Source: Candidatus Omnitrophota bacterium
GTDB lineage: Bacteria > Omnitrophota > Gorgyraeia > 2-01-FULL-45-10
Length of the DNA: 64,000 nucleotides
NCBI GenBank assembly: GCA_028716065.1
Contig: JAQUQN010000002.1
Span: 6,485-70,484 of the forward strand
Reading direction: 5' to 3'
Shown here: positions 15,976 to 26,891 of the stretch, one piece after another
Position numbering within the stretch: position 1 is the first letter of the stretch
Layout of the letters: the number at the start of each line of letters is the position of its first letter
Notes under the pieces: generated by a model
What the model was told of the DNA's origin: nothing
The model's input: only the letters and a program-made list of their open reading frames with translations
The model's database searches: none
Position numbers and translations under genes: made by a program

Positions 15976-17292
15976 ATGAGTCTTAATACAAAAAACATAC
16001 TTAGCGGTCTTGTGGTGTCTCTCTTTATAATCATCAGTTCCTCTACGGCGGTATTTGCGAATGAGATAGAGGAGCTAAGAAATGAGATAAAGATGATGAA
16101 GGAGAAGCTTAGCGCCATGGAGGCGAGATTGCAGCAATCCGAGGCAAGGGCCGCAGACGCCGAAAAACCAAAAACTGGACCGGAAGGGACTATTACGGAC
16201 GCCATCACCTCGATTACTAAGGAGATAGAGTTTCATGGTTTTGTAGACACTTCCTATATATTCAATACGAATACGCCTGTACCTCCCAACCCCAGGACTA
16301 ACAACCTCCGGGTATTCGATACGGACGCCAATGGATTCATGCTCAACATGGCACAATTGAGCTTTGAAAAGACCGTATCGAAAGAATCACCCCTGGGCTT
16401 CAGGGTAGACCTGGATTTCGGCCAGGACGCAAAACTCATACACTCAAACGGCCTTGGCAATCCCGGAGACGAATTCGACCTTGAGCAGGCATATGCACAG
16501 TTCTGCATCCCATTCAGCCTTCCTTTAATGGATACGTTGAGTTTCAAGTTCGGCAAATTCGTCACGTTAATGGGCGCGGAAGTCATTGAATCCGTCAATA
16601 ACTGGAATTTTTCCAGGTCGTACCTTTTCGGTTACGCGATACCGTTCACGCATACGGGCTTGAGGGCCTATTATAAACCCTTCGCGGACATACCGGTCGA
16701 ATCGTACATCGGCATAGTCAATGGATGGGATCAGGTGGACGACCTTAACCGGGCCAAGACGCTGGAAGCCCAGATAGCCGTAACACCTAACGATAAGCTA
16801 TCGTTTTCGTTGGGAGGCATGTTCGGTCCGGAGAGGGCGGATTCCAATAAGGATTTCCGGGACCTTATAGATTTCGTCATAACCTACCAGCCTCTTGATA
16901 AGTTGACTTTAAAAGCCAACTATGACTACGGGTGGGAGAGGAATGGCACGTCGGCCTTCGCCGGCTATACAGACGGCAAGGACGCATCCTGGGATGGTGT
17001 TGCCGGTTACGCCAAATATGATATTTTCGACTGGTGGTCGATCGCCGGCCGCGGTGAATTTTTCCATGACAGGAACGGCGTAAGGACAGGCGTCCTTACA
17101 AGTTCTACGATGCCCATCTCCGACCTGGCTGTCTGGGAATTCACACTTACCAATGAATTCAAGATATTTAAAAATTTCATAGCGAGATTTGAATATAGGT
17201 TCGACAAGGCAAGCGGTCAGGCCTTCACGAAAAACAAGACTACCGCTAATAATCAAAGCACTATAGCTGCTGAAGTAATAACCAAGTTTTAA
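15976..17292 (+). CDS. Outer-membrane beta-barrel porin with N-terminal coiled coil
   Basis: Signal peptide, heptad-like segment, alternating beta-strand pattern and a C-terminal Phe. Sits first in the operon with amtB-glnK. Confidence 0.6.
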   Translation: MSLNTKNILSGLVVSLFIIISSSTAVFANEIEELRNEIKMMKEKLSAMEARLQQSEARAADAEKPKTGPEGTITDAITSITKEIEFHGFVDTSYIFNTNTPVPPNPRTNNLRVFDTDANGFMLNMAQLSFEKTVSKESPLGFRVDLDFGQDAKLIHSNGLGNPGDEFDLEQAYAQFCIPFSLPLMDTLSFKFGKFVTLMGAEVIESVNNWNFSRSYLFGYAIPFTHTGLRAYYKPFADIPVESYIGIVNGWDQVDDLNRAKTLEAQIAVTPNDKLSFSLGGMFGPERADSNKDFRDLIDFVITYQPLDKLTLKANYDYGWERNGTSAFAGYTDGKDASWDGVAGYAKYDIFDWWSIAGRGEFFHDRNGVRTGVLTSSTMPISDLAVWEFTLTNEFKIFKNFIARFEYRFDKASGQAFTKNKTTANNQSTIAAEVITKF

Positions 17293-17314
17293 TATAAGGA
17301 AGGAGGAAAATGCG

Positions 17315-18550
17315 ATGATCAATTCCGGAGATACTGCGTGGATATTGATTTCGACGGCGCTCGTCATGATGATGACTGCGCCGGGTTTAGCGTTCTTTTA
17401 CGGTGGGCTGGTGCGGAGGAAAAACGTCCTCGCCACCATGATGCAGTCTTTCTTCGTACTGTGCCTGATCAGCATCCAGTGGATCTTGTGGGGCTATAGT
17501 CTTGCCTTTGGTCCCGATAAGGGCCATTTCATAGGTAGTCTCGCGTGGTTCGGTCTGAAAGGAGTGGGGATGGCGCCAAATCCTGATTACGCCGCGACCA
17601 TTCCGCATCTATTATTTATGGCATATCAGATGATGTTCGCAGTGATCACGCCCGCCCTGATAACAGGGGCTTTTGCTGAAAGAATGAAATTCTCCGCATA
17701 CGTCGTCTTTACCTTATTATGGGCAACTTTCGTATATGACCCCGTCTGCCATTGGGTATGGGGTACAGGCGGATGGTTAAAAGAGATGGGGGCCCTGGAC
17801 TTCGCAGGCGGCACAGTGGTCCATGTCTCATCAGGCATAGCTGCCCTCGTATGCGCGCTCGTATTAGGAAAACGGCGAGGATATGGCAATGAACCGATGC
17901 CTCCTCATAACTTGCCATTAACCGTCCTTGGGGCCGCGCTATTGTGGTTCGGATGGTTCGGATTTAATGCTGGTAGCGCATTAGGGGCCAACGAATTAGC
18001 CGTGACGGCTTTCATCGCTACAAATACGGCGGCTGCTGCGGCGGCACTTACATGGATGGCCATTGAATGGAACACTATCGGAAAGCCTACCATACTTGGC
18101 GGGGCTACGGGCGCTGTGGCGGGGCTTGTCGCAATAACGCCTGCCGCCGGCTTCGTCTCTCCGATATCCGCCATCTTCATAGGGATCATAGTAGGCCTGG
18201 TATGCTATACAGCTGTCGCCATCATTAAATTAAAACTTTCTTATGATGACAGTCTCGATGCTTTTGGCGTTCATGGTGTCGGCGGAGCAGTGGGTGCCCT
18301 GGTAACTGGGCTTTTCGCGCAGAAGATAATAAATCCCGGAGGGAGCAACGGGCTATTTTTCGGCAACCCTTCACAGCTAGCCACTCAAGCCATCGGTGTC
18401 ATAGCCACCATGGCATATTCGATCGCCGTAACATTCATCTTACTCAAAGTCCTTGATGCGGTCATGGGGCTGCGTGTTTCCGAAGAAGACGAGGTGGCCG
18501 GACTCGACATAACGCAACACGAGGAAAGCGCCTATACATTGTTAGACTAG
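17315..18550 (+). CDS. amtB: Ammonium transporter
   Basis: 411 aa polytopic protein with Amt signatures (DFAGGTVVHVSSG, FGVHGVGG). Confidence 0.95.
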   Translation: MINSGDTAWILISTALVMMMTAPGLAFFYGGLVRRKNVLATMMQSFFVLCLISIQWILWGYSLAFGPDKGHFIGSLAWFGLKGVGMAPNPDYAATIPHLLFMAYQMMFAVITPALITGAFAERMKFSAYVVFTLLWATFVYDPVCHWVWGTGGWLKEMGALDFAGGTVVHVSSGIAALVCALVLGKRRGYGNEPMPPHNLPLTVLGAALLWFGWFGFNAGSALGANELAVTAFIATNTAAAAAALTWMAIEWNTIGKPTILGGATGAVAGLVAITPAAGFVSPISAIFIGIIVGLVCYTAVAIIKLKLSYDDSLDAFGVHGVGGAVGALVTGLFAQKIINPGGSNGLFFGNPSQLATQAIGVIATMAYSIAVTFILLKVLDAVMGLRVSEEDEVAGLDITQHEESAYTLLD

Positions 18551-18562
18551 GAGGAGGTAGAA

Positions 18563-18904
18563 ATGAAACTGATAATCTCTATAATACAGCCGCATAGGCT
18601 TGAAAAGGTGCTGGAAGAATTGAACAAATCGGGAATCAGCCTGAGGACCGTATCCAACGTCCTGGGTTGCGGCAGGCAGAAAGGCCACACCGAGGTATAT
18701 CGCGGGAGGAAAGAGACGGGTAACCTTCTTAAAAAGGTACGCCTCGAAATTGCCGTCAATGAAGATTTCGTGGAACCTACGGTCAGGGCCATCATAAAAG
18801 GGGCAAAGACCGGAGAGATCGGAGACGGGAAGATATTTATAGCCGATCTGGCCGAATGCATAAGGATACGGACCGGGGAGAGGGGCGGCGAGGCGATAGG
18901 GTAA
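18563..18904 (+). CDS. glnK: P-II nitrogen regulatory protein
   Basis: 113 aa with T-loop [12 protein letters not shown] (Tyr51 retained) and DGKIFI. Directly downstream of amtB. Confidence 0.9.
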   Translation: MKLIISIIQPHRLEKVLEELNKSGISLRTVSNVLGCGRQKGHTEVYRGRKETGNLLKKVRLEIAVNEDFVEPTVRAIIKGAKTGEIGDGKIFIADLAECIRIRTGERGGEAIG

Positions 18905-18916
18905 ACTTTAAAAAAT

Positions 18917-18957
18917 AGGTTACCAGAGTAACGCATTTTTTACTTGTATAGTTGTAG
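18917..18957 (+). promoter_or_regulatory. Conserved 41-nt box, copy 2 (upstream of glnA)
   Basis: AGGTTACCAgAgTaAcGCATTTTTTACTTGTAtAgTtGTAG, starting 13 nt after the glnK stop. Confidence 0.6.
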
Positions 18958-18967
18958 GGTATTAATA

Positions 18968-18983
18968 GGCACGCAGTAGTGCC
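18968..18983 (+). promoter_or_regulatory. Leader hairpin GGCAC-GCAGTA-GTGCC (glnA leader)
   Basis: 5-bp GC-rich stem with a hexaloop. Preceded by TA (TAGGCA word). Confidence 0.5.
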
Positions 18984-19010
18984 CCAAAAATAGGCAAACT
19001 TAAAGAACAG

Positions 19011-19066
19011 AGGCGTTCATTTTGGTCAGCGAGTGATTTGACCGAGTGAGCGCCTTTTTATCTTTT
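19011..19066 (+). terminator. glnA leader terminator
   Basis: 16-bp stem AGGCGTTCATTTTGGTC / GACCGAGTGAGCGCCT (three G.U, one bulge), then TTTTTATCTTTT. Ends 28 nt before the glnA ATG. Confidence 0.7.
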
Positions 19067-19094
19067 ATGCCCCACCACTAAAGGAGGAGTAAAC

Positions 19095-20603
19095 ATGAAA
19101 AAGAAGAAAGAGAAAAAACTAACAGACGTGAGGACAAAGAACCCGCTCATAAACGGCTCTTTCGATGAAAAGGCCGCCCGGGAAGTGATGAAGATGATCA
19201 AGGAGAAGAAGATACAGATCCTTGATCTTAAATTCAATGACCTGCCGGGCCTGTGGCAGCATTTCTCCATACCCGCATCGGAGCTTACGGAGATGGATGA
19301 CCTGACACGCTCTATCTGGGTGGACGGCATAGGGTTCGACGGCTCATCCATACGCGGCTTCCAGAAGATCCAGGAGTCGGACATGATCCTGATCCCTGAC
19401 CCTGCGACAGCCGTAATAGACCCTGTTTGCGAAGTGCCGACATTAAGCGTCATATGCGATATCTATGACCCGCTTACCAGAAAAGCATATACCCGAGACC
19501 CTAGATATATCGCGAAAAAGGCGGAAAAGTACCTGAAGGCATCCGGTATTGCCGACAATGTATACTTCGGGCCGGAGGCTGAGTTCTTTCTCTTCAATGA
19601 CGTCCGCTTTGACCAGACGGAAAACTCGGGATACTATTTTATAGACTCAGTCGAGGCTGACTGGAATACTGGAAAATCCGAAAATCCTAACCTGGGCTAT
19701 AAGATACGGTTCAAGGAAGGATATTTCCCAGTACCTCCGCACGACTCGCTACAGGACCTTCGCAGTAAGATGATCCTAAAGATGATAGAGGCCGGGATCC
19801 CCGTTGAAGTGCACCACCACGAAGTGGCCACAGCAGGACAATGCGAAATCGATATGAAGTTCGACACGTTGACAAAGATGGGCGATAACCTTTTGCTTTA
19901 CAAATATATCATAAAGAACATGGCCAGGAAGAACAACATGGTGGCCACGTTCATGCCCAAGCCGCTCTTTGCGGATAACGGCTCAGGCATGCACTGCCAC
20001 CAGAGCCTGTGGAAAAACGGCGTAAACCTTTTTTACGACAAGAACGGATACGCGCTCCTGAGCCAGACGGCCAAATACTACATAGGGGGGCTTTTAAAAC
20101 ACGCCAAGAGCCTCATGGCGTTCTGCGCGCCGACGACAAATTCTTACAAACGCCTGGTGCCGGGATACGAAGCGCCCGTAAACCTTGTTTACTCTGCCCG
20201 CAACCGGTCAGCGGCGGTAAGGATACCGATGTATTCCGACAGCCCCAAATCGAAAAGGATAGAGTTCAGGCCGCCCGATCCGTCCTGCAACGCCTACATA
20301 GCGTTCAGCGCAATGTTGATGGCGGGCCTTGACGGGATACAGCATAAGATCGATCCCGGCGAACCCGCAGACCAGGATCTATTCGAATTGAATGAGGAAG
20401 AACTGGCGAAGATCCCAACCGTGCCGTCATCTCTGCGCAGGGCTATAGATGCCCTGGAAGAAGACCATGACTACCTTCTCAAGGGCGGCGTCTTCACAAA
20501 AGACGTTATCGATGTATGGCTCGAATATAAACGCAAAAGAGAAATAGACACGGTGAGGATGCGCCCGCATCCATACGAGTTTTATCTATATTTTGATATT
20601 TAA
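19095..20603 (+). CDS. glnA: Glutamine synthetase type I
   Basis: GSI motifs ([32 protein letters not shown]). The adenylylation-site Tyr is replaced (DLFEL). Strong RBS aaaggagg. Confidence 0.95.
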   Translation: MKKKKEKKLTDVRTKNPLINGSFDEKAAREVMKMIKEKKIQILDLKFNDLPGLWQHFSIPASELTEMDDLTRSIWVDGIGFDGSSIRGFQKIQESDMILIPDPATAVIDPVCEVPTLSVICDIYDPLTRKAYTRDPRYIAKKAEKYLKASGIADNVYFGPEAEFFLFNDVRFDQTENSGYYFIDSVEADWNTGKSENPNLGYKIRFKEGYFPVPPHDSLQDLRSKMILKMIEAGIPVEVHHHEVATAGQCEIDMKFDTLTKMGDNLLLYKYIIKNMARKNNMVATFMPKPLFADNGSGMHCHQSLWKNGVNLFYDKNGYALLSQTAKYYIGGLLKHAKSLMAFCAPTTNSYKRLVPGYEAPVNLVYSARNRSAAVRIPMYSDSPKSKRIEFRPPDPSCNAYIAFSAMLMAGLDGIQHKIDPGEPADQDLFELNEEELAKIPTVPSSLRRAIDALEEDHDYLLKGGVFTKDVIDVWLEYKRKREIDTVRMRPHPYEFYLYFDI

Positions 20604-20615
20604 TTACGAATCGCG

Positions 20616-20658
20616 GTAGGCGGCGCGGATATTTTTTAACCGGGCCTGCCTATCTTTT
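20616..20658 (+). terminator. Probable glnA 3' terminator
   Basis: TAGGCGG / CCTGCCTA stem with inner CGG/CCG pairs, tail TCTTTT. Confidence 0.45.
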
Positions 20659-20668
20659 AGGCATTGAT

Positions 20669-20854
20669 ATGGATGACAACCTACCCATTTACAGAACGAT
20701 CATAGCGCAGGTTGAAAAACCGCTCATAGAGATGGCCCTGGAGAGAACGAGCGGCAATCAGATCAGGGCCGCCGAACTGTTAGGGATCAATCGTAATACG
20801 ATCCGCACCAAGATAAAAAAACTCGGCATCGACGTCAAGAGATGGAAGGTATGA
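20669..20854 (+). CDS. Stand-alone Fis/NtrC-C-terminal-type HTH protein (61 aa)
   Basis: [26 protein letters not shown] is an HTH_8-type motif. Its stop overlaps the gltB start (ATGA). Confidence 0.65.
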   Translation: MDDNLPIYRTIIAQVEKPLIEMALERTSGNQIRAAELLGINRNTIRTKIKKLGIDVKRWKV

Positions 20855-23800
20855 ACAAAATGAGACACAACCACTTGCCCGAAAGACAGGGCCTCTATGA
20901 TCCGCGCTTCGAGCATGACTCATGCGGCGTCGGGTTCGTCTGTAATATAGACGGAGTGCGGTCGCACGATGCCGTTCAAAAAGGCCTTGAAGTGCTGAAA
21001 CGGCTCTCGCATCGCGGAGCGACCGGTTCGGACCCGAAAACCGGAGACGGCGCAGGCATACTACTGCAGATCCCGCATGAGTTCCTGCTCAAGGCCTGCG
21101 GGGAAGAAGGTATGGAATTACCGGACGAGGGGAGCTATGGCACCGGCATCGTTTTCCTGCCGACCGATGAGAGAGAAAGAAGGTTCTGCAAGGCCGCCTT
21201 CGCGAAAATAGCTAAGGAGGAGGGACAGGCTCTTTTAGGATGGCGCAAAGTCCCGGTAGACGATTCGGATATAGGCAGAATCGCGAGGGAGACCGAGCCG
21301 GTGATAGAACAAGTCTTCATCGCTAAAAATAGAAGGCTGAAGGATAGGCTGGCTTTCGAACGCAGACTGTATGTTATCAGAAAAGGGGTCGAGAATCTCA
21401 TAAGAACGACCGGCTTAAGGCAGAAGGCCTTCTTCTATATCACCAATATATCCAATCGTACCATGTCGTATAAAGGGCTTCTCATGCCCTATCAATTAGA
21501 AAAATTCTTCATCGATCTAAAAGATAATTCGCTAAAAAGCTCTTTATGCCTTGTTCATTCCCGGTACAGCACGAATACTTTCCCGACATGGGATCTGTCA
21601 CAGCCGTTCAGGTTCCTTGCGCATAATGGCGAGATAAACACATTGCGGGGGAACATAAATTGGATGAGGGCCAGGGAAAAATTACTGAAGAGTAATCTAT
21701 TCGGGCAGGAGATCAAAAATATCATGCCTGTAATCGTTCCGAACGGAAGCGATTCGGCGGCCATAGACAACGTGCTTGAACTTCTGGCACTATCGGGCAG
21801 GTCGCTACCCCATGCCATGGCAATGCTCATACCTTCAGCGTGGGAAGGCGATGGCCTGATGGATGATGAACTTAGAGACTTTTACAGATACCACGCCTGC
21901 ATGATGGAGCCATGGGACGGGCCTGCGGCTATCGCCTTTACGGATGGCACGAGGATAGGGGCAGTGCTGGACAGGAACGGGTTGAGGCCCGCACGCTACA
22001 TGATAACTAAAGGCGGGCTTGTAGTTATGGCATCCGAAGTGGGGGTTCTCGACATAAGACCGGAGGATATATCGGTATCGGGCAGGCTGGAACCCGGTAA
22101 GACGTTCTACATCGATACGGAACTAAAACGTGTGATCGACGATGTGGAGATCAAGAGATCTCTTTCCATGGCACAGCCTTACGGCGACTGGATTAAAAAG
22201 AAGCTGGTCTCTCTCAATGATCTGCCGGAGAGAGGCAATGAACCAAAGCATCCCGAAGATGTCATTACATCCTTAAAGGCGTTTGGTTACACGCGCGAAG
22301 ACCTCAAGACCATACTTAAACCGATGGCGGAGAAAGGTGCGGAACCGATCGGCTCCATGGGAAACGATACGCCCCATGCCGTCCTATCGGCCATGCCTCA
22401 GATACTCTTCAACTACTTCAAACAATTATTCGCCCAGGTAACAAACCCTGCCATAGATCCGATAAGGGAAGAGCTGGTAATGAGCCTGACGGCACTTGTC
22501 GGGCCCGAAAAAGGACTGCTCGATGAGACACCGGAACACTGTCACAAACTCGAGGTGGCCCGTCCCATTCTCTCGGACGGCGAGTTATCAAAAATACGCG
22601 ATATCGCTATAAACGGGTTCAGGACCAAAACCATATCCATATTATTCGACCCTCTTCGAGAAAAAAGTTTCATCGATACGATAGACCACATATGTGAAGA
22701 GTCATCCAGGGCCATAAACGAGGGTTATTCATTCATTATTTTAAGCGATAGGGGCGCGGATATTTCCAAGGCCGCTCTTCCGAGCCTTTTGGCAGTAGGC
22801 GCCGTGCATCATCACCTCGTCAGAAAATCTTCGAGAACCCAGATAGGCATAATCCTCGAGAGCGCCGAACCCAGAGAGGTTCACCATTTTGCGCTCCTTT
22901 TCGGCTATGGGGCGGACTGCATAAACCCTTACCTCGCGTATGAGGCCCTCGGCTATCTGGTAAGAGAAAAAGAACTGGAGATGGATTACGAGAAGGCTCT
23001 CGAAAATTACAGAAAGGCCCTGGAGAGCGGCATATTGAAGGTGCTCTCAAAGATGGGCATATCGACATTGCAGAGCTACCGCGGCGCTCAGATATTTGAG
23101 GCGCTCGGATTGAGCGATGCCCTCATAGAAAAATGTTTTACAGGCACCGTTTCCAGAATAGGCGGTATAGGCTTCGACACAATAGCGAAGGAGTATATCG
23201 CCAGGCACTCTCAAGTCTATCCTGTAAGCGCGGCGTCCCAACCATACCTGCCTACCGGAGGCGTATACCAGTGGAAGAGAGACGGAGAGATCCACCTCTG
23301 GAACCCTGACTCCATAGCTGCGTTGCAGGATGCCGCCAGGACCAACGATAATAAAAAGTACTCGGAATTCGCTGGATTGATAAACGACCAATCGAAAGGC
23401 CCCTGCACGTTGCGAGGGCTCTTAAAATTCAGAAAAGCCAGGCCCATCCCGATAGAGGAGGTGGAGCCCTCGAAAGAGATCGTAAAAAGATTCGCGACCG
23501 GCGCCATGAGTTTCGGTTCCATAAGCAAGAGCGCTCACGAAGCCATAGCCATAGCCATGAACATGCTCGGAGGCAGGTCAAACACCGGGGAAGGCGGAGA
23601 GGATCCGGCGCGATTCAATCCATTGCCGAACGGTGATTCTGCGAGAAGCGCCATAAAGCAGGTCGCTTCCGGCAGGTTCGGCGTTACCACCAATTATCTC
23701 GTCAATGCGGATGAACTGCAGATAAAGATAGCCCAGGGGGCAAAACCCGGAGAAGGCGGGCAGCTGCCCGGCCACAAAGTGAGCGCCATCATAGCGCGGA

Positions 23801-25389
23801 CCAGGTATACCACGCAAGGCGTCACCCTCATATCGCCGCCTCCGCACCACGACATATATTCCATCGAGGACCTTGCGCAGCTCATATTTGACCTGAAGAA
23901 CGTCAATCCTAAAGCCCGAATAAGCGTTAAGCTTGTATCGGAGATAGGGGTGGGCACGGTCGCCGCGGGTGTCGCCAAAGGTCATGCCGACATGATACTG
24001 ATCTCGGGCGGAGACGGGGGAACCGGCGCATCGCCTCTCAGTTCCATAAAACACGCGGGCCTCCCGTGGGAACTCGGCCTTTCGGAGACACATCAAACTC
24101 TGGTCCTGAACGACCTGCGCAGCAGGGTCAGGCTGCAGACGGACGGACAGATGCGCACGGGCCGCGACATCGCCATCGCCGCCTTGCTGGGAGCGGAAGA
24201 GTTTGGCTTCTCTACCGCGGTACTGATAGTCCTCGGATGTGTGATGTTGAGGCATTGCCACCTGAATAATTGTTCCGTGGGAGTCGCCACGCAGGACGCC
24301 ATCCTGCAGAATAGGTTCAGGGGAAGGCCTGAATATATAATCAACTACTTCTATTTCGTCGCGCAAGAACTGAGAGAGATAATGGCCGGGCTGGGTATTC
24401 GCCGCGTTGACGACATGATCGGCAGGACGGATCTATTGCTGGTCGATAAGACGGCCTTGACCTGGAAGACCAAAGGGCTGGATTTTTCAAGAATGCTGTA
24501 CAAGGCCGGAACGAAGAGGCCGGACACCAGATACCATGTTATGCCTCAGAAGCCTGCAATGCACGGGGAATTGGATTCAGAACTCATCAAACTCTCAAAA
24601 GATGCGATAGGCAATAGAGCACCTGTAAAACTCTCCATGGGCATAAAAAATAGCAATAGGACTGCCGGCGCCATGTTGAGCGGAGAGGTGTGCAGGGTAC
24701 ATGGGGAAGGCGGCCTGCCTGATGATACCGTATACTGCAAATTCAAGGGTGTAGCCGGCCAGAGCTTCGGCGCCTTTCTCTCCAAAGGAATAACATTTGA
24801 ACTCGAAGGCATGGCGAACGATTATGTGGGCAAGGGTATCTCCGGCGGGAAGATCATAATATATCCGGACAGGAGAGCGGGTTATGACGCCAGCAGGGGC
24901 ATCATCATCGGAAATACGACATTTTACGGCGCCATAAGCGGTGAGGCATATATAAGGGGGACCGCGGGAGAAAGGTTTTGCATAAGGAATTCGGGGCTGA
25001 ATGCCGTCGTAGAAGGCACCGGTGACCATGGATGCGAATACATGACCGGAGGAAGGGTTGTCATTCTGGGAAAAACTGGAAGGAACTTTGCCGCTGGGAT
25101 GTCTGGCGGCATCGCGTATGTTTACGATCCGAAGAGAGATTTTAAAGATAGGTGCAACATGGAGATGGTAACCCTGGAAAGCATAAATTCCGACGATGAG
25201 ATGACGATCGGCGAGCTGCTATCCAACCACCACAGGTTCACCGGCAGTACATTGGCCAGAGAGATACTGGACGACCTTAAATCCAGGTTAAAGAGCTTTA
25301 TCAAGGTCATGCCGATAGAATACAAGCGTATCCTGGAAAGCAAAGAGCTAGAGGAAGATTTGAATCTCGTAGAGGTGTCAGATGGGTGA
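20851..25389 (+). CDS. gltB: Glutamate synthase large subunit
   Basis: About 1510 aa. N-terminal Ntn Cys (HDSCGVGF), FMN domain and C-terminal GXGXG domain. Start set at the ATG of the ATGA overlap. Confidence 0.95.
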   Translation: MNKMRHNHLPERQGLYDPRFEHDSCGVGFVCNIDGVRSHDAVQKGLEVLKRLSHRGATGSDPKTGDGAGILLQIPHEFLLKACGEEGMELPDEGSYGTGIVFLPTDERERRFCKAAFAKIAKEEGQALLGWRKVPVDDSDIGRIARETEPVIEQVFIAKNRRLKDRLAFERRLYVIRKGVENLIRTTGLRQKAFFYITNISNRTMSYKGLLMPYQLEKFFIDLKDNSLKSSLCLVHSRYSTNTFPTWDLSQPFRFLAHNGEINTLRGNINWMRAREKLLKSNLFGQEIKNIMPVIVPNGSDSAAIDNVLELLALSGRSLPHAMAMLIPSAWEGDGLMDDELRDFYRYHACMMEPWDGPAAIAFTDGTRIGAVLDRNGLRPARYMITKGGLVVMASEVGVLDIRPEDISVSGRLEPGKTFYIDTELKRVIDDVEIKRSLSMAQPYGDWIKKKLVSLNDLPERGNEPKHPEDVITSLKAFGYTREDLKTILKPMAEKGAEPIGSMGNDTPHAVLSAMPQILFNYFKQLFAQVTNPAIDPIREELVMSLTALVGPEKGLLDETPEHCHKLEVARPILSDGELSKIRDIAINGFRTKTISILFDPLREKSFIDTIDHICEESSRAINEGYSFIILSDRGADISKAALPSLLAVGAVHHHLVRKSSRTQIGIILESAEPREVHHFALLFGYGADCINPYLAYEALGYLVREKELEMDYEKALENYRKALESGILKVLSKMGISTLQSYRGAQIFEALGLSDALIEKCFTGTVSRIGGIGFDTIAKEYIARHSQVYPVSAASQPYLPTGGVYQWKRDGEIHLWNPDSIAALQDAARTNDNKKYSEFAGLINDQSKGPCTLRGLLKFRKARPIPIEEVEPSKEIVKRFATGAMSFGSISKSAHEAIAIAMNMLGGRSNTGEGGEDPARFNPLPNGDSARSAIKQVASGRFGVTTNYLVNADELQIKIAQGAKPGEGGQLPGHKVSAIIARTRYTTQGVTLISPPPHHDIYSIEDLAQLIFDLKNVNPKARISVKLVSEIGVGTVAAGVAKGHADMILISGGDGGTGASPLSSIKHAGLPWELGLSETHQTLVLNDLRSRVRLQTDGQMRTGRDIAIAALLGAEEFGFSTAVLIVLGCVMLRHCHLNNCSVGVATQDAILQNRFRGRPEYIINYFYFVAQELREIMAGLGIRRVDDMIGRTDLLLVDKTALTWKTKGLDFSRMLYKAGTKRPDTRYHVMPQKPAMHGELDSELIKLSKDAIGNRAPVKLSMGIKNSNRTAGAMLSGEVCRVHGEGGLPDDTVYCKFKGVAGQSFGAFLSKGITFELEGMANDYVGKGISGGKIIIYPDRRAGYDASRGIIIGNTTFYGAISGEAYIRGTAGERFCIRNSGLNAVVEGTGDHGCEYMTGGRVVILGKTGRNFAAGMSGGIAYVYDPKRDFKDRCNMEMVTLESINSDDEMTIGELLSNHHRFTGSTLAREILDDLKSRLKSFIKVMPIEYKRILESKELEEDLNLVEVSDG

Positions 25390-26827
25390 TCCGAGAGGAT
25401 TTTTGAAAGTAAAGCGGGAAGGCTCTCCATATAGACCCGTATGTGAACGCGTTAAGGATTACAAAGAAGTATCGGCGCCGAGAGACGACGAACGTTCCAA
25501 GGAACAGTCTTCGCGTTGCATGGATTGCGGAACGCCCTTCTGCCACTGGGCCTGCCCGGTCGGTAATTATATCCCGGAATGGAACGACGCGATGTTCCAC
25601 GGCCACTGGAAAAAGGCCATAGACCTACTGCATGCGACGAACAATTTTCCGGAGATAACGGGGCGGTTGTGCCCGGCGATGTGCGAATACGCCTGCGTAT
25701 TGGGTATAAACGACGACCCTGTTACGGTAAGAGAGAACGAACTGGCCATCATAGAGCATGGGTTTAGACAGGGCATCATAAAGGCGTCTGGGCCCGCGAA
25801 GCGCAGCGGAAAACGTATCGCCATAATAGGCTCGGGCCCTGCAGGGCTGGCCTGCGCCGACCAATTAAATAAAGCGGGACACGAGGTGACGGTCTATGAA
25901 AAAGACGACAGGGCCGGAGGAATATTACGATACGGCATACCGGACTTTAAACTGGAAAAATGGGTCCTGGACAGGCGGCTCGATATTTTAAAAAAAGAAG
26001 GCGTAAAACTCATAACCTCGGTCAATGTTGGAACCGATATCACCATTTCCGAACTGCGGAAAGGTTTTGACGCCGTCTGCCTGGCCGGAGGCAGCCGCGT
26101 TCCGAGAGACCTGAAGATCGAAGGAAGGGAATTGAAAGGTATACATTTCGCCATGGACTTCCTGGTGCAGGCGAACAGGATGGTAGCTGGAGAAAAGATA
26201 CTGGAAGATAAATTCATAGACGCTAAGGGCAAAAGGATAGTCGTAATAGGCGGAGGCGATACGGGATCTGACTGCGTCGGTGTATCGCACCGTCACGGCG
26301 CAAGCTGCGTAGTCCAGATCGAACTGTTACCTCAGCCGTCAGAATCCCGCACCGGGGAATATAACTGGCCGAAATATCCGCTTCTCCTCAAGAGATCCTC
26401 CAGCCATGAAGAAGGGGGCGAGCGCAACTGGTCGATACTCACGAAGCGGCTTATCGGAGTAGACGGACGCGTGAAAAGATTGTCCTGCGTCCGCGTCAGT
26501 TTTGACCAAAAAGACGAGCGAGGCCGTCCGCTCATGAGGGAACTACCCGGAAGCGAGTTCGAGATAGAGGCCGATCTGGTAATATTGGCTATGGGTTTTG
26601 TACACCCGGAGCACGACATCCTGCTCGATGCGCTCGGCGTAAAACTGGATCCGTACGGAAATGTGGCCACGGATGACAAGTACATGACTTCGGCCAAAGG
26701 CGTATTCTCGGCCGGCGACATGAGAAGGGGGCAATCCCTGATCGTCTGGGCCATATCGGAAGGCCGCCGCTCAGCCCACGCCATCGATAAATACCTTATG
26801 GGTTCAAGCAACCTGCCGGTAGTCTAA
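25382..26827 (+). CDS. gltD: Glutamate synthase small subunit (NADPH)
   Basis: Cys clusters (CMDCGTPFC, CPAMCEYAC) and the dinucleotide fold IAIIGSGPAGLACA. Confidence 0.95.
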   Translation: MGDPRGFLKVKREGSPYRPVCERVKDYKEVSAPRDDERSKEQSSRCMDCGTPFCHWACPVGNYIPEWNDAMFHGHWKKAIDLLHATNNFPEITGRLCPAMCEYACVLGINDDPVTVRENELAIIEHGFRQGIIKASGPAKRSGKRIAIIGSGPAGLACADQLNKAGHEVTVYEKDDRAGGILRYGIPDFKLEKWVLDRRLDILKKEGVKLITSVNVGTDITISELRKGFDAVCLAGGSRVPRDLKIEGRELKGIHFAMDFLVQANRMVAGEKILEDKFIDAKGKRIVVIGGGDTGSDCVGVSHRHGASCVVQIELLPQPSESRTGEYNWPKYPLLLKRSSSHEEGGERNWSILTKRLIGVDGRVKRLSCVRVSFDQKDERGRPLMRELPGSEFEIEADLVILAMGFVHPEHDILLDALGVKLDPYGNVATDDKYMTSAKGVFSAGDMRRGQSLIVWAISEGRRSAHAIDKYLMGSSNLPVV

Positions 26828-26852
26828 TCCCCCTTAAAACCTCCATTATTAT

Positions 26853-26881
26853 TTGCCAATATTCCAAAAGATTAGTATAAT
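26853..26881 (+). promoter_or_regulatory. Sigma70-type promoter (TTGCCA-N17-TATAAT)
   Basis: The -10 ends 10 nt before ATG 26892, so the transcript would be leaderless or nearly so. Confidence 0.5.
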
Positions 26882-26891
26882 AAAACCTGTC

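Noticed and set aside
15899-15985. Small GTG-initiated ORF between the two amtB-leader terminators.
   Set aside because: There is no RBS, it overlaps the porin start out of frame, and its sequence is explained by terminator b.
18968-18983. Sigma54 -24/-12 promoter (aGGCACgcagtagTGCc) upstream of glnA, with a similar sequence at 32870.
   Set aside because: The GG-to-GC spacing is 11 nt (12 nt at 32870) rather than 10. The sequences are self-complementary hairpins with variable loop length. No bacterial enhancer-binding protein is present in the window.
19007-19066. Glutamine riboswitch (glnA RNA / Downstream-peptide motif) in the glnA and related leaders, prompted by CGUUCA and GGACGAAGG-like strings.
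   Set aside because: I cannot reproduce the three-stem/E-loop consensus from memory with confidence, and the sequence folds convincingly as a plain long terminator. A cmscan with RF01739 and RF01704 would settle it.
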